Source: Mytilus trossulus
Lineage: Eukaryota
Assembly: GCF_036588685.1 (NCBI RefSeq)
Contig: NC_086385.1
Coordinates: forward strand, 45,159,216-45,223,215
Direction of reading: 5' to 3'
DNA: 64,000 bases
The position numbers were made by a program, and so were the translations under genes. The notes beneath the pieces are model-generated. The model was not told where the DNA came from. It ran no database searches and saw only the letters and a program-made list of their open reading frames with translations. Within the stretch, counting starts at the first letter, position 1. Each line of letters starts with the position of its first letter. Below are positions 1 to 13,200 of this stretch, one piece after another.

Positions 1-607
1 AGCGTCTCAATGATCCGTCTTTTCTAATATTTCTTGGACTCCAGTTTCTCTTGGCAACTGTATCCATTTTATAGGTAAGATCTATTTATATCTGACAAAA
101 AATAATGACAAAAATTGAATCGACTCATTTAAGCGCTAGATACAAATTACTATTTCACCACAGACAAACAAATTGACATAAACACATTAATGAAAACATA
201 CACCAACAAAATAAAAGACAAGAATACAAAATTTACCATAACACAGTCACACTAAGATTGAATCTGTAGGTAGTATCCTCGCTAATAGGATATTACAAAA
301 AACTTGACATAACTGTTAAGGCTGAATAAAAAGAGTATACCGCTCCTTAATATTCACAAATCTATTGAACGAGAACAAAAATCGAGTCACAAATCAAAAC
401 AGATGGAAACAAATCAATAAAAAGGAAAACAAGGGAACAGTTGAAACACTGAACTGCTACAAAATCAAACGCCATAAAAAATATCCAAGGATAAAAAAAA
501 CCCAACATAATACGTCATTAAGAGGATAAACAACGCAAATTTCCAGAATCTATACTTCAAAACAGAATGTAATATTTGTGAAGTTGATACGGAATATTTA
601 TCACGTA

Positions 608-2010
608 AAATTGAGAATGGATATGGGGAATGTGTCAAAGAGACAACAATCCAACCATGCATGGATCGGACATCAACAGAAGGTCACCAACAGGTCTTCA
701 ATGCAGCGACAAACTCACGCACCCGGACTCGTCCTTCAGCTGGCCCATAAACAAATATATATGCAGGACGCTAAAGTGCGATCGTACTCTAAAGTGCGAT
801 GGTCACGCTAAAGTGCTATGGTCTACGTTACAGAACGAAGGTGTCTCACGCTAAAGTGCGATGCTTGCTTGTTTGCTTAAGTACGATGGTATATCACGCT
901 AAAGTGCGATTGACCAAAAAGGTACAGAAATGTTTTTAAACGTTAAAGTACCTAGATGTTTAAAAAGATAGTATACCATATGAGATAGGCTTTATAATTT
1001 ACCGTAGGCTTAAGTGATTGTTAAATGATAGACCGCGTAATAATTGTTAAAAAGGTAATTTAGGTTTCACAAATACTATATTTCCTTTAAATAATTCGGG
1101 CGCATTAGATATTATGATAAATGGTGCAGCTTGCCGTTCAAACGTTGTAGTCTATCACTTATGGGAACACCTCCCCTTACAATCGTCCTTGTGAATTACA
1201 AATTATTGTCGGAATATGTAACATTTATTTGTCTACCTTTTTCTTAAATGAGAGAGAACGGCGATGTTCGCCGAGCTTTAATTTCTCCCTTTTTTGTAAC
1301 GACTACACATTCATGTTATATTTTCCTGCAATGCATAAATTAATGTTTTAGCGACAACATTTCAACGGTGACTGCAAAGTTAACTGTCACGTATACAATA
1401 ATTTAAATGCATCCGTCCGCTGCCAATAGAAGCAGGATACACGATACATATGCGTAATTCTATTTTGTATCTATAGAGTAAAAAGGTCAACTGCAGGACA
1501 CAAGTCCTTCTACCAGCATCCGAAAAGAATCAACAAAGTTGCTTCTGCCGACGAAGCACGGTTAAGCCTGACATTAAGTCATGGACATTTGGTTTAAAAG
1601 TTGTAAATCAAAAATTCTTAAGCTGTCTTCCGACATGTTCATTTTAAGTTTGTTTAAACGTTTCGTACGTCTATACTTTCGTATACCATCGCACTTTAGC
1701 CTGGCCATCTTTCTTCGTATACCTTCGCACTTTGGAGTCCTACATATATACTAGTCCAGTGATAATGAACGCCATACTAAAATCCAAATTGTGTACAAGA
1801 AACTAAAATTAAAAATAATACAAGACTAACCTTACAATGGCCAGAGGCTTCTGACTTGGGACAGGCGCAAAAAAGCGGCGGGGTTAAACATGTTTATGAG
1901 ATCTTAACCCTCCCTTATACCTCTAGCTAATGTAGAAAAGTAAACTCATAACAACATGAACAACACGCACATTAAAATTCAGGTCAAGAGCAGTCCGAGT
2001 CTGATGTTTT
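608..2010 (-). repeat. Inverted partial copy of the 3' region of the element at 5128-6212, split by a nested TIR element
   Basis: 608-761 and 1745-2010 are the reverse complement of about 5810-6212 (e.g. aaaattgagaatgg...gaatgtgtcaaagagacaac; ctagtccagtgataatgaacgccatactaa). Confidence 0.8.
762..1744. mobile_element. Non-autonomous TIR DNA transposon (~980 bp) with subterminal 'cgctaaagtgcgat' repeats
   Basis: Imperfect TIRs tgcaggacgctaaagtgcga / tcgcactttggagtcctaca, with tatata on both sides. The uninterrupted host site is visible in the copy at about 6055-6070. Confidence 0.75.
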
Positions 2011-4780
2011 AAGATAAAGGACACTGATGATGTCATATAATATTTGAGTTGCAGCTGCAAGCTTTTTAATAGGGAATAAGTTGTGAAATATGATTCCCCT
2101 ATACCGTTAAAGTTGCTATATATTGAGTTAGATGAAAGATTCAGAAACAGAAAAAAAGTGCTTATTTATTTTTTTAGTGGTTTAAGCTTTAGCAAGTGTA
2201 TAGTGTGTGTTTGTTTTACTTTTAATCATATTTGTTGGTAAAACAGATATTAAAATTTGCCGGAAATTGTATTCATTATTTTACAAAAATCCCTAAATTC
2301 TAGAAAAACGGAACGTTTTATTGCAGTCGTGTTGTTGATTCTTTTTCATGGCCATAGTGTTGTTTCTCTATTTTTTCTCTAATCTTGAACACAAACTCGC
2401 CATTACTGGAATCTTAGGAAAATGCAGATCCAAACGTTACATAATAATTTACAGGAGACGACTGTTGTTGTTTACAAATGGCGCCGGAAATTAAACGATG
2501 TCGTAATTGTGCGATCGCAAAATTGTTTCCATAAAACAACAATAAATCATTTTTTTATTTATAACAAAAGTTTCAATATATTCAATCGTTTGATAAATTT
2601 TATGTTTATTGTTTATTTGTACAATAATAAGTTTCGTATTTTACCGACAGTTCGAGTTGCGCAGAAAGTTCAAATTCGTCAGGTTCATATCTCCTTAAAA
2701 TATAAAACCATTAATTCAGGCTTAAGTTCTTACGCATGGCTGTATCTTTGTAAAAAGCTTGAATACGTGGATAGTTTTGGTATCAAATGAAAGCTATGGC
2801 ACTTGGAAGCACTATATAATTTTTGTTGAAAGTTCCTTTTCAATAACAAAGAAGTATTTTAAATCATAAAATGAGGGCACATTTACCCTGTTGTTCAGAT
2901 CAGGTGGAACGGTTTTTGTACTATAAAAAATCAGGGAACCATTACGCTCTAATACCTAATCAAAGATACAATGTTGATTTTTTAGCACAAGTTTTAAATT
3001 CGATATGACATAACTGCCACCTTATTTAAACTTAAGACAAAATAGCAATTTATTCTTGAAATTTCAGAATTTAACATAGAAAGCAATGGGCCATGAATAA
3101 GTAGTTTTATACCTTAAACATGTTAAAGTGCGACTGAGAAAAAAAACCCTCCAGACTGTTTGTAAGGGCGTTCCTGTTCAATGATCTAAACAATGGTATG
3201 AGAGAATTGTTCGATGAAACACTTAAAAATTATAAATTGAAAAATTATCAATGAAATAAAAACGTGTGAAAAATATCATGTTCTCAATATTTCATATCAA
3301 GCATATGATTTATTGTTCAAATAATTCATTGTTATAGTCATACTATTTTATGGTTTAAATCAATAATAAACGTTTTGCGACAGTCCCTATATTTGAACTC
3401 GAGTATATATACATTTAGTATCATTTTTGCTAGCAAATATCTTAGTCTTACCTGTTATATGTCATATTGGTTTTATACAATTGTTTGCCTTTTCCGGCTT
3501 AAAAATACACTCTTATAAGATACATGTGCTTATATCGAAGTAATCTGGCTGATAATTGTCTCGTTTACAATTTATCCACGTCTGTTTTAATATGGCAACC
3601 CATACATTTATTTTCGTACACAAAAACACAGTTATCTACAATGCATTCCTGTGTTGATAAACACGTTAAAGATATAATAGTTATAATTTCATGTCGATAA
3701 ATGCTAAAATCAATACTTACCTTCAAAACAATAACCTCCACTTCCTTGGAACCTACACGTCAACTGTTTATATCTCAATTAATTTGAAAAGTATTAACCA
3801 CATATCTACACAATACCAAAATAGTTAACACGTCCATTTGATAAACTGTCGCTATTCAATTCGTTAAATAAAAGAAACAGTAGTATACCGCTGTTCGAAA
3901 GTTATAAATCGATTGTGGGAAAACAAATCCGGTTTACAAACTCAAACCGAGTGAAAAACATTATGAATAATAGTAAAGGAACGAAATAACAGAAACACTA
4001 AAATGCAACATAAAAACCAAACGACAATGTAAATCACACAGAAACGAAATATGAGATACAACTGCATTTTTCTGACTTGGTAAGGACATTTTAAGTACAA
4101 ATGGGGGATGGTGAACATAGTTTTGTGGTTAGCCGAAACTCTCCCTATGTTAGATATAACACCAAAATGACAACATTGCATGACAGGACTACAGTACAAA
4201 AAATGCAAGAACATTTAGGACAGAGAAATGCACAAATAAACAATAAAATGATGCATGTCGACATGCTAAAAGTTATCAAAGGTACACAAAATGTACCAGG
4301 CTTATAAATGTATACACCAGACGCACGATTCGTCTACAGAGGACTCATCAGTGACGCTTGGATCAAAATAATCGGATATCTAAAAATAGATAAAGTTAAT
4401 TAAGATAATTGCATCTGATGACCCAACATTCCAAAAAGTTGTGCCAAATACGGCTAAAGTCATTCTTGCCTGGGATAAGAAAATCCTTAGTATTTAGAAT
4501 AATTCATACAATCAGTTAATTTATCAAAAAAATTAACAAAACAATTGACCGAAGTGCTGACTAACCATAGAATTAAAAAAAAAACATGTAAAACTACCAA
4601 TAGCAGTACACAAAAACAGCACAATAAAACCACGCATTGTCTATCACGCGACTAGGTCGTCGCCACAAAAAGTGACGTCACAGTTTTATTTCTTAAAATA
4701 ATTGATATACAAAATATAGTTCAAGATTAGATTGGAGATTATCGTATTCGATGAGAATTGTGTAGTAATTTGACAATTAA

Positions 4781-5057
4781 GGTGGTACCTTACACTACAG
4801 GGTGATAACTGTGTAAAATCAGCTTAACGTTTTAATTACGTCGTCTTGTTAGGATATATGAAGCTTCTCAGTGATCAAAATTTTGGTTTGTCAAACTGCT
4901 ATACAACCAGTGTATTTTTGTTTTTTAGACAAAACTGTTGGTTTCACATTTTTGAAATTTTAATATTTTTGTTAAAGGGTCAAAGTAAATACTTTGACAA
5001 CATTTTATGAAAATTAAACAAGCCAAACTAATTCTAGTGAAAGTGTTGGGCACCACC
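4781..5057. mobile_element. 277-bp MITE with TTAA target-site duplication (Kolobok-like GG...CC termini)
   Basis: ttaa|ggtggtacc...gcaccacc|ttaa. The paralogous site at about 23270-23292 is empty (a single ttaa). A second, inverted copy lies at about 53765-54019. Confidence 0.8.
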
Positions 5058-5127
5058 TTAATTGTATTATCTAGCTATGTAGGAATTTCATTTGAATCGA
5101 ACCGTAACACAAGTAAATCGTGTACGT

Positions 5128-6212
5128 TTATCCGTTTTTAGATGGTGACGTTCCCTTGTCACCATCTTACGGTGTTTATATATCTCAACTTGTACGATTC
5201 GATCGTGTATGTAACAATGTTTTAGATTTTAACGAGAGAAATATATGTATTACTGAAAAAATATTACACCAGGGTTTTCGATATCACAAACTAGTCAAAA
5301 CATTTACTAAATTTTATCATCGGTATAAAGACATCATTCGTAAATATAGCTCAACATGCAGACTTCTTATACGTTCAAATATTTCACATCCAATTTTTTA
5401 TGGAAATATTCTTTATAAAGCCAGAGGTGTCAGTATTCACCTCATAAACTTACAAAACCTTTGAATAGACTTATTAAGAATGGATATAATTACGATACTG
5501 TTGTCAAGTCATTAAAGATTGCATATTTTGGCGTTAATATTGAGTCACTGATAAGGTCTTTGCGTCGGACTAAACACATTTATTCTAAAAACAGTTGTTG
5601 GCATGACACGGGTTATGTTCTTCTCATATATGTTATGATGGTACGATACTAAACCCCTTACGGGAAGGATTGTGCCTGATGTTCATATGATGAAATCATA
5701 ATCTTTCAGTCAGTCTAATTGAAGTCTGGAGCTGGCTTGTCAGTTAACTGCTAGTAGTCTGTTGTTATTTATGTATTATTGTCATTTTGTTTATTTTCTT
5801 TGGTTACATCTTCTGACATCAGACTCGGACTTCTCTTGAACTGAATTTTAATGTGCGTATTGTTATGCTTTTACTTTTCTACATTGGTTAGAGGTATAGG
5901 GGGAGGGTTGAGATTTCACAAACATGTTTAACCCCGCCGCATTTTTGCGCCTGTCCCAAGTCAGGAGCCTCTGGCCTTTGTTAGTCTTGTATTATTTAAA
6001 TTTTAGTTTCTTGTGTACAATTTAGAAATTAGTATGGCGTTCATTATCACTGAACTAGTATATATTTGTTTAGGGGCCAGCTGAAGGACGCCTCCGGGTG
6101 CGGGAATTTCTCGCTACATTGAAGACCTGTTGGTGACCTTCTGCTGTTGTTTTTTTATTTGGTCGGGTTGTTGTCGCTTTGACACATTCCTCATTTTCAT
6201 TCTCAAATTTAT
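5128..6212 (+). mobile_element. 5'-truncated retroelement (Penelope-like RT C-terminal region) with 3' non-coding tail
   Basis: The ORF fragment FLDGDVPLSPSYGVYISQLVRF..VCNNVLDFNERN resembles the post-RT region of PLE-type elements and is frameshifted near 5420-5460. It is absent from the paralogous position (23345). Confidence 0.65.
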
Positions 6213-6389
6213 CATCCAGTTGTTTCATAAATGTTAGGTTTCCAGCATCACTAAAGCCACACGATCAAGAGACATTACTTCCAGTGCCAAATAGTTCATG
6301 CATTGGTTTTATGGATTCTTTTTATTAATATGAATGTTATGTAATCAACGCCGGTTATAAGTGATTACCGTAATTGCAAATTTAATTTG

Positions 6390-6730
6390 GACTGTATAAA
6401 TTCGTTTTCTAGACTGTTGATAGGGTATTGTCCAATTGCAAGTACTCTATGCAAAATTTGAGCGAGAAGGTTTTATGTTTGCTGTATAAATTAACTTTAG
6501 ACTGTGGATGGCATATTTCCAATTGCAAGTATTCATGCATATTTAGAGAAAAAATACATGTTTTAATAAATTTACTGCTCTACACTGTTTAATTAACTTT
6601 AAACTGTTGATCGCGTATTGTCCAGTTGCCAGTATTTCATGCATATTTAGAGAGAGCATAAGTTACAAGTTTTTAATGTTTTACATTTGTACTGTATGAA
6701 TTTACTTTAAACTGTTGATTATACAGTTGC
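6390..6730. repeat. Degenerate tandem repeat, period about 90-110 bp, 3-4 units
   Basis: Recurrent ctgtataaatt..agactgttgat..tattgtccaattgcaagta at about 6392, 6483, 6580 and 6691. Confidence 0.6.
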
Positions 6731-6974
6731 CGGTGTTTCACAATATTTAGAAGTAACATACAAATGTTAATGTGCAGAGAAAGGCACACTTCAACCCGTT
6801 AAATGTGCAGTTTAACTAAACAGTTTTGCTACAATATACATACGACATAGCCGAAATGACGCCCTCACTTTTACCCAGTTTTTCGGCCGGTTAAAACACG
6901 TACCTTATCTTTACTTTTAATGAAACGGTAAAATCAGTATACCTTAATGAAATTGCAATAACCAAATAACGCTT

Positions 6975-7170
6975 GATATGGACACGTTTTTTTGTGATAG
7001 GACACGTTTGAGGGTTAGTTGAGAAATGGACACGTTTTGGTGTTTTTTACAATCACACGCTTTGGTGATGATTTTAACTAGACTTGTTTTGGAGTTCAGT
7101 GACGTCAATGTGGACACGTTTGAGGGAATCGGACACGTTTGGAGGCAAGGACACGTTTCTGAGTGTTACA
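6975..7170. repeat. Cluster of six 'ggacacgttt' motifs, probably the subterminal repeats of a DNA transposon end
   Basis: ggacacgttt at about 6980, 7000, 7028, 7112, 7131 and 7149, followed by ...tgttaca. Confidence 0.55.
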
Positions 7171-7356
7171 TGTTTAATAAAAATTCACAGTGAATGTTTT
7201 TTTTCTGCGATAAAACTTTCTCTACTGATAATTTAGAAAATAGAACCAGTATATGCGGTTGATCATCAAATGTAAGGTAACGAAAACGACAATCATGATT
7301 TTGAAAAACAGATGAAACAATAGTTATCATGTTTTATTATAGTGCCGCTTCCTCAT

Positions 7357-7725
7357 TTAAGAATTGAATGCTTTTTTTGAAACTTCATTGGGATGAAAAA
7401 GCATTGACAGAAGTACATTTTGAATGAAGCGCGAAAGCGCTTCATTCTAAAAATGTTCGCACGGTCAACGCTTTTACAACCCTTTGAAGTTACAAAAAGA
7501 AGCATTCAATACTTATAAATACATTTTTTAGCTATGATCAGGAAAACACGAATTTTATCACTTTTTTTTACTTAATTCACCTGTGCACTTTATTGTGGGA
7601 ACACGTGTTATCATGAATGAAAAGTTTTATTGAGTAATGCAATTCCTGAAGAAATAACAAGTGATGTGCAGTTAGCCAATCAAAATAAAGTATTACAATG
7701 AAACATACATCGAATGTAATCATTT
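7357..7725. mobile_element. Foldback-type non-autonomous element with a ~150-bp internal hairpin
   Basis: Arms attgaatgc...gaatgaagcgc-gaaa-gcgcttcattc...gcattcaat (7363-7510). A second copy lies at about 39633-39958. The element is absent from the paralogous site near 26557. Confidence 0.7.
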
Positions 7726-8619
7726 TAATATACTTCGCAAAGACCTTTACTTTCGAATATCACTTAAACTTTAAAAAAAATGACCCCCTTATTCTTTATG
7801 TTTCTCATCAGAGTTTTAATATCAAATTAATGTCCTGGTTGAAATTGGATATGGTGTGTTTGTTGTAGTACATTTTGTATTTTGTATAAGACTGTTAAGT
7901 AAATACATGATTGTGCTTACTATTCAGTATGTGTATAAGTGACCATATGAACGTTAAATAAAGAACAATTGCATATTAGACTATCAATAATTTCCCCAAA
8001 GTTTGGCTTTGAAGTCCCCTATTCATAATCATTGATCCACATTTGCAGACTTTCAGTCGTTTGCAATAGAAGTTACGTTGTCACTTCGGACGGTCAAGAT
8101 TGATATTGTATCGCAGCCCTAGGTGATGTACAGTATTTATTGATTTACAACTTACATTGTATATTATGGTTGTTCTGTGTGTTGTTTTAGTTTTGGTGTG
8201 CAAAATATTCTTCCGATAATACGTTAAAGGACTTACGACTTCTAAATTGAAAAAGTGACTGACAATTTTGCAAAGTTAATCCATGTCCATGATACATGTA
8301 TATTTTGTTTTGTCGTTTTTTATATCTTAATTTGACCATTTAGTATTGTACTTACTGAGATGTTTACTGTAATCAATTGTAGATAAATGTCAATATATAT
8401 ATGCGGTCGTTTATATAAAAAAAAATATAGATTAATATTCGATGTTCTGTTTTGCACATATTCTTTCAAAAACGTCAATTAGTTAATAAATACAATAGTC
8501 GTTATATGTAAAACTAACTAAACCATTACTCTCTATAGTAAAGGGTGGTAACGTGTTCCAATATAAATTAATTAAAGTGTTTAATCATTGTTTAAATTCA
8601 CTAAGATCGGACACAACAA

Positions 8620-10274
8620 TTAGTTCTTTTGCATGTATGGTTTTAAGTGTGTGCCAAGATCTTTCATTGAAAATTGTTTTTTTTTTTAGATTTCCCACTT
8701 GACTGTCCATCTTGTGTCTTTTGCACATCTCTTATTACTTTGTCGTAAATGTTATCGATATCTTCCATCCGTTTAAAGGCGATTTTAAGTTGTGTATTTT
8801 GAGAAATCTCTTCAAATTTCGAACATTTTTTCAAGCTTTGAATTTGTTTCCTAGATGCTACAATAATGCATCCAGTCAGGTATCCATTTAAATTGTACTT
8901 TTCCGCTTCAAGAATTTTGATGATAATTTGTACTGATGTGATCGAATCTGACTTAGACAAAACACCCTTTATAAGGAACTTTTCAATTCTTTCCTTTAAA
9001 TCTTTCGTTTGATATTCCTCAGCTAATGGAAGCATATGATGAACAGTGGCTTCTGAAACAATTCAAAATATGCAAAAACATAACTTATAAAGGATTTGCA
9101 TTGAATATAATAATGATTTTTCTTAAAATTGAATGTAGTTAATTGTTTTATTTTGTTATATCTTTTAAGAATTATAAAGATATCAGTTATGATAATCTAT
9201 AGCTAACTATTAGGTATGAACTTTGTTCTTATTGTGTGTATTTGAAAAAATGATGTACATTGTATGTAATGAGAAGGTGTGCACCTTTAAATTGTTATGC
9301 TTATTCATGCACAACAACATTTGCAAGAATGTTTTTTTTCGAGCAAAGTTTCTTCTTTTTTAATTTAATTTCATTGCTGTAGTAAACAAAAATATGAAAA
9401 ATCCTTTTTTGTTAGCGTAATGTTTTTTTATTTGTGTTACACATTTGATTGGCTGAGTTGATTTTTTTTATAAATGTCAATTGTCATAGTTGATAAATAC
9501 ATGTGCAATTCTAATTGACCAAAAACACTTTTAGATTTTCCAAATCTTCCCCTAAGCTGCAAACATTAGTTTTAAATTTAAGTAGCAGAAACTTTTTGCG
9601 GTCAAAAGTAAAAACACAAAAATACGTATACTGAACTCAGACAAAAATTCAAAAAGGAAAGTTCAAAATCAAAAGGCAAAATCAAAAGTCCAAACACATC
9701 AAACGAATGGGTAACAACTGTCATATTCCTGACTTGGTACAGACGTTTTCTAATAAATTCACTATAACGTGAGCATAGTAGTATATTTGTATTTACCTGT
9801 TAGTACATCTGCAAATCCCGGACATAAATAACGTAGAAAATGAACAAAATTACTGTGCTTTTTGTCAGGTAAAGGTATTTCTTTCATCGATCCTTCAAGA
9901 AAGTTAGAACTAAACATTGCCTCAAACACAGGCGACACGGCTATGAGGTGCTCCTTTTGTAGATAGAGCTTTCTGTTGTCAAATACCAAAACGATGTTTG
10001 GTTCATTGAAAGGAGAAGCCAAGTTTTCAGCATCGCTTTTTATCTCTTCTAAATNNNNNNNNNNNNNNNNNNNNNNNNNNNNNNNNNNNNNNNNNNNNNN
10101 NNNNNNNNNNNNNNNNNNNNNNNNNNNNNNNNNNNNNNNNNNNNNNNNNNNNNNNNNNNNNNNNNNNNNNNNNNNNNNNNNNNNNNNNNNNNNNNNNNNN
10201 NNNNNNNNNNNNNNATTTACTATCCCTACTGTTTGAATTTGGTTATAATTTTCTGCCCTTCTAGACTGGTCCAT
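8620..10274 (-). CDS. BTB/POZ-domain protein, copy 1 (coding exons 10274-9797 and 9052-8620; apparent frameshift at the A11 run 8677-8687, with the as-assembled stop at 8664; 160-N gap at 10055-10214)
   Basis: BTB motif PNIVLVF..KLYLQKEHLIAVSPVFEAMFSSNFLEGSMKEIPLP. A phase-1 GT-AG intron (9796-9053) gives LT-E-ATVHHMLPLAEEYQ. The paralog-like C-terminus QFSMKDLGTHLKPYMQKN* lies in a shifted frame. Probable 5' UTR intron 10302-10600. Confidence 0.85.
10055..10214. other. Assembly gap (160 N) inside the first coding exon of BTB copy 1
   Basis: Run of N in the sequence. Confidence 1.
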
Positions 10275-13200
10275 TTAATCTAATCTCAATTAAATGTAAT
10301 CCTGGTAATAAAACATTGTATGTCAAAGTTGAATTATAAAATATAGATATATCGTCATTAAAATATGACCATTTTGGTTTGAATGACTCATTTGCGTACA
10401 AAAAAATACACAATTGTTAATAAATACAAAAAGACAAAGACATCTTACATATTTTCAAACAGTTTGAAATTATTCTGATTGGAAGAACAGATTTATAGAA
10501 AAACCAACAGTTTGAAAAATAAACATAAAATTCACTACTGAAAGAGATGAGATTAAGATATTGTATGTTTCACTTTTTAAACAATAAAATGAACCATTAC
10601 CTGTTTCTCTGTCTATTTCATTACTGTAATATTTTTTAAGAATCAACTTGTTAACCCGAGATAACTTATATTATAACTTTCAACTTTTCATTTACGAATT
10701 TTATCTCGTATTGTCATAGCGAAATTATATCAGTTTGAGTGTACGCATGATAACACTTTATCACGAGTGTTGACATAAATTAACACTAATATAGTGTATG
10801 CTGTTAATGGGAAAAAAGTTACGAGATATAAAAAAATAAAATATTATTTCGTTTGGTTCAATCTTTCAAAAAGTTAAATAATGAAATAAAAATTAGTTTT
10901 AAGCCGCCAATTTGGTTAAATTTCGTCAAAGTAAACAAAATAAATATTGCTAATGAATTCTTCGTTTGCATGTAAATAATTCGACAAAAGAAAATCTGTG
11001 TTTATTTAATTATCCAATTTAATCCATTAGCTAGATATTGGTTACACATACATTATTTGCGTTCAGCCATTTTAAAAATGATTCAGTCCACAAGAAATAT
11101 TTTTGTACAGGTAAAGGTGTAAATTATCTTATATTTTAACCAATAACATGAAATAAAATAGACCTAGATACAAAACGACGTCGCTAAGGTTATTCTATTT
11201 ATGTTGATGTTTAAATCGGGTTGTGTGATCATCGGATTACAACACTGTAGGTAATCAGTTGGCGTATGGACTAAAAACACACTAAAGTCTGATATAATGT
11301 ATCATGTACATGCATTTGTTTTCTGTTTATTTCAGACTTATTGTATTTGAATATACGTTTAAGTATGTAATACTTTTATTTGACATCTAGTGTCCCTTTA
11401 AAAGGGCTTTATTGTCAATACCTGTACACTGGATGCTTGTCTCATTAATAATTAGCTTCTGTAATCTATGAAATATAGTATGTCTCGCACTTTTCTAATT
11501 ATTTTGAAGATTTGTTATATATTATGAGTGTTCCTTTAAGAGGGAGAATACATTCTACATTTTTAACTTTCTTGGGTATGATTATATGTCAATACTAAAA
11601 TTTAAAATGAGAAGAGAAAATATGATTAAATATTTTCATTAAAATCATAAAAAAAGGATTATTCAAAATGTCAGGTGTGATCATTGTTCGAAATTTAACA
11701 TCGATTTAATGACCCGAACCTTCATACGATTGCGGATATTACACAATAAATGTTATCACTATATAAGGAAATAATTATACAAACAGTAGCAATACTATGC
11801 TTTAATAAAATAAGCATTCATATGCCAACTACACTTTTCACTTTAACCGTACAACAATTTTTATTTTATTTTTCATCATAGTTAATGCTAATGTATGGTA
11901 TACGTTTTATAATATTATAAGGCGCATGCATATTTTCTTGTTTGATGATAAATGATCCAAATATACATCACGTCAACATAGAACATGAAGATAGGACTTT
12001 GATTTTACTAAGTTGAGATATGAAGGCCACGACTGTAGAACCACTTCTTTTAACCAAGAACCAAGACCATTACCAACTCAACACCATCATATGAAAATGA
12101 AAGATATGATACCTCTTAGATTAATAATCAATTATTTGACCGAGAAAAAAAAATACACAATTAAACAAAACTATACCCATCTGGGTATTGTGGAAAATAC
12201 TTTTGTAATGTTTGTGAGGTTATTGTGAACATAAAAACTATGACTATAAATGGGTCAACACAGCCGAAATTATAATTTGACTTGCATAGGAGGTATAACC
12301 CTTAAACAATCATTCTGATTATCATCTGCGTTTAATTTTGCATATAATATAGAAACTTTTAAGTGAACAAAGTATAAGCAAAACACGATCAACAAAAAAG
12401 TCAACAAAGTCGAAACTATCCGACCACTTTTGACAGGGGTTATCGTCTTTGCATAATGATAGTTTACTTTTTTGTGCTTTTAGTGAAAGAATGCTTGAAT
12501 AAAGTTTTAAATTTAAATTAAACACATACCACAAATGTATAGTACTTGGACAAATTTTCTATCAATGATCACAGATATGTTTACATGTCGAATGGTTTAT
12601 CATGTGTACGTCATTTGTGTAATAAGTGTGTAAACAAACAACAACGAGGTTAAATGTATTAAAGATTATCAATGATATAACTATCCACCAAATGAAGTGT
12701 ATGTTCTAGTTAGTGATATTTTGGTTGATTTCTAATAGCGTTTGAATCTAACACATGTTATATCATTGTTAAAATAAACTCATCATAGATACCATGGTTG
12801 AAATTTTGTATTTGCCCCAGACGTGCGTTACATCTACACAATACTCACAAGTGACGCTCGAATAAAAATAATTAAAAAGTCCAAAAAAAAATACGAAGTT
12901 AAAGGTCATTCAGGAACAAAAATCCTTAAACGGTTTGCCAAAACAGCAAAAGTAATATTTTCCTGATGGAGATTAGCCCTAGTATTTAAAAAAAAATCAA
13001 AGTTTTATAATTCTTCATTCATAAATATGGGACGTTAGCTGTCAAGTTGATGTTCAACGAAATGACTCAAGTTGTTATTATAACATTATGTGATTTTAAA
13101 CATACTAAATCGTATATCCCCAAAAAAACCCGTTACGTTTCTTTAAAAAAACTATTAACAATGCATCAACTCGAAAAAATCTGTACAGGATGAAGAATGT

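Larger units (their letters stand above)
3180..10330. repeat. Segmental duplication unit 1 (paralog of about 21615-29830)
   Basis: Collinear, similar blocks: 3180-5128/21615-23345, 7180-7290/23977-24085, 7300-7357/26475-26557, 7750-8460/26860-28075, and the BTB exons. Confidence 0.85.

Noticed and set aside
767-911. Short repeats with variable spacers resembling a CRISPR array
   Set aside because: The context is eukaryotic, the repeats are only about 14 nt, they are mirrored at 1688-1735 as subterminal repeats of a TIR element, and there are no cas genes.
2422-2790. 122-aa ORF and the many other 60-120 aa ORFs in the track (e.g. 22145, 27125, 45168, 48817, 56130)
   Set aside because: Their composition is typical of random AT-rich or repeat sequence, and the frames are not preserved in paralogous or repeat copies where these exist.
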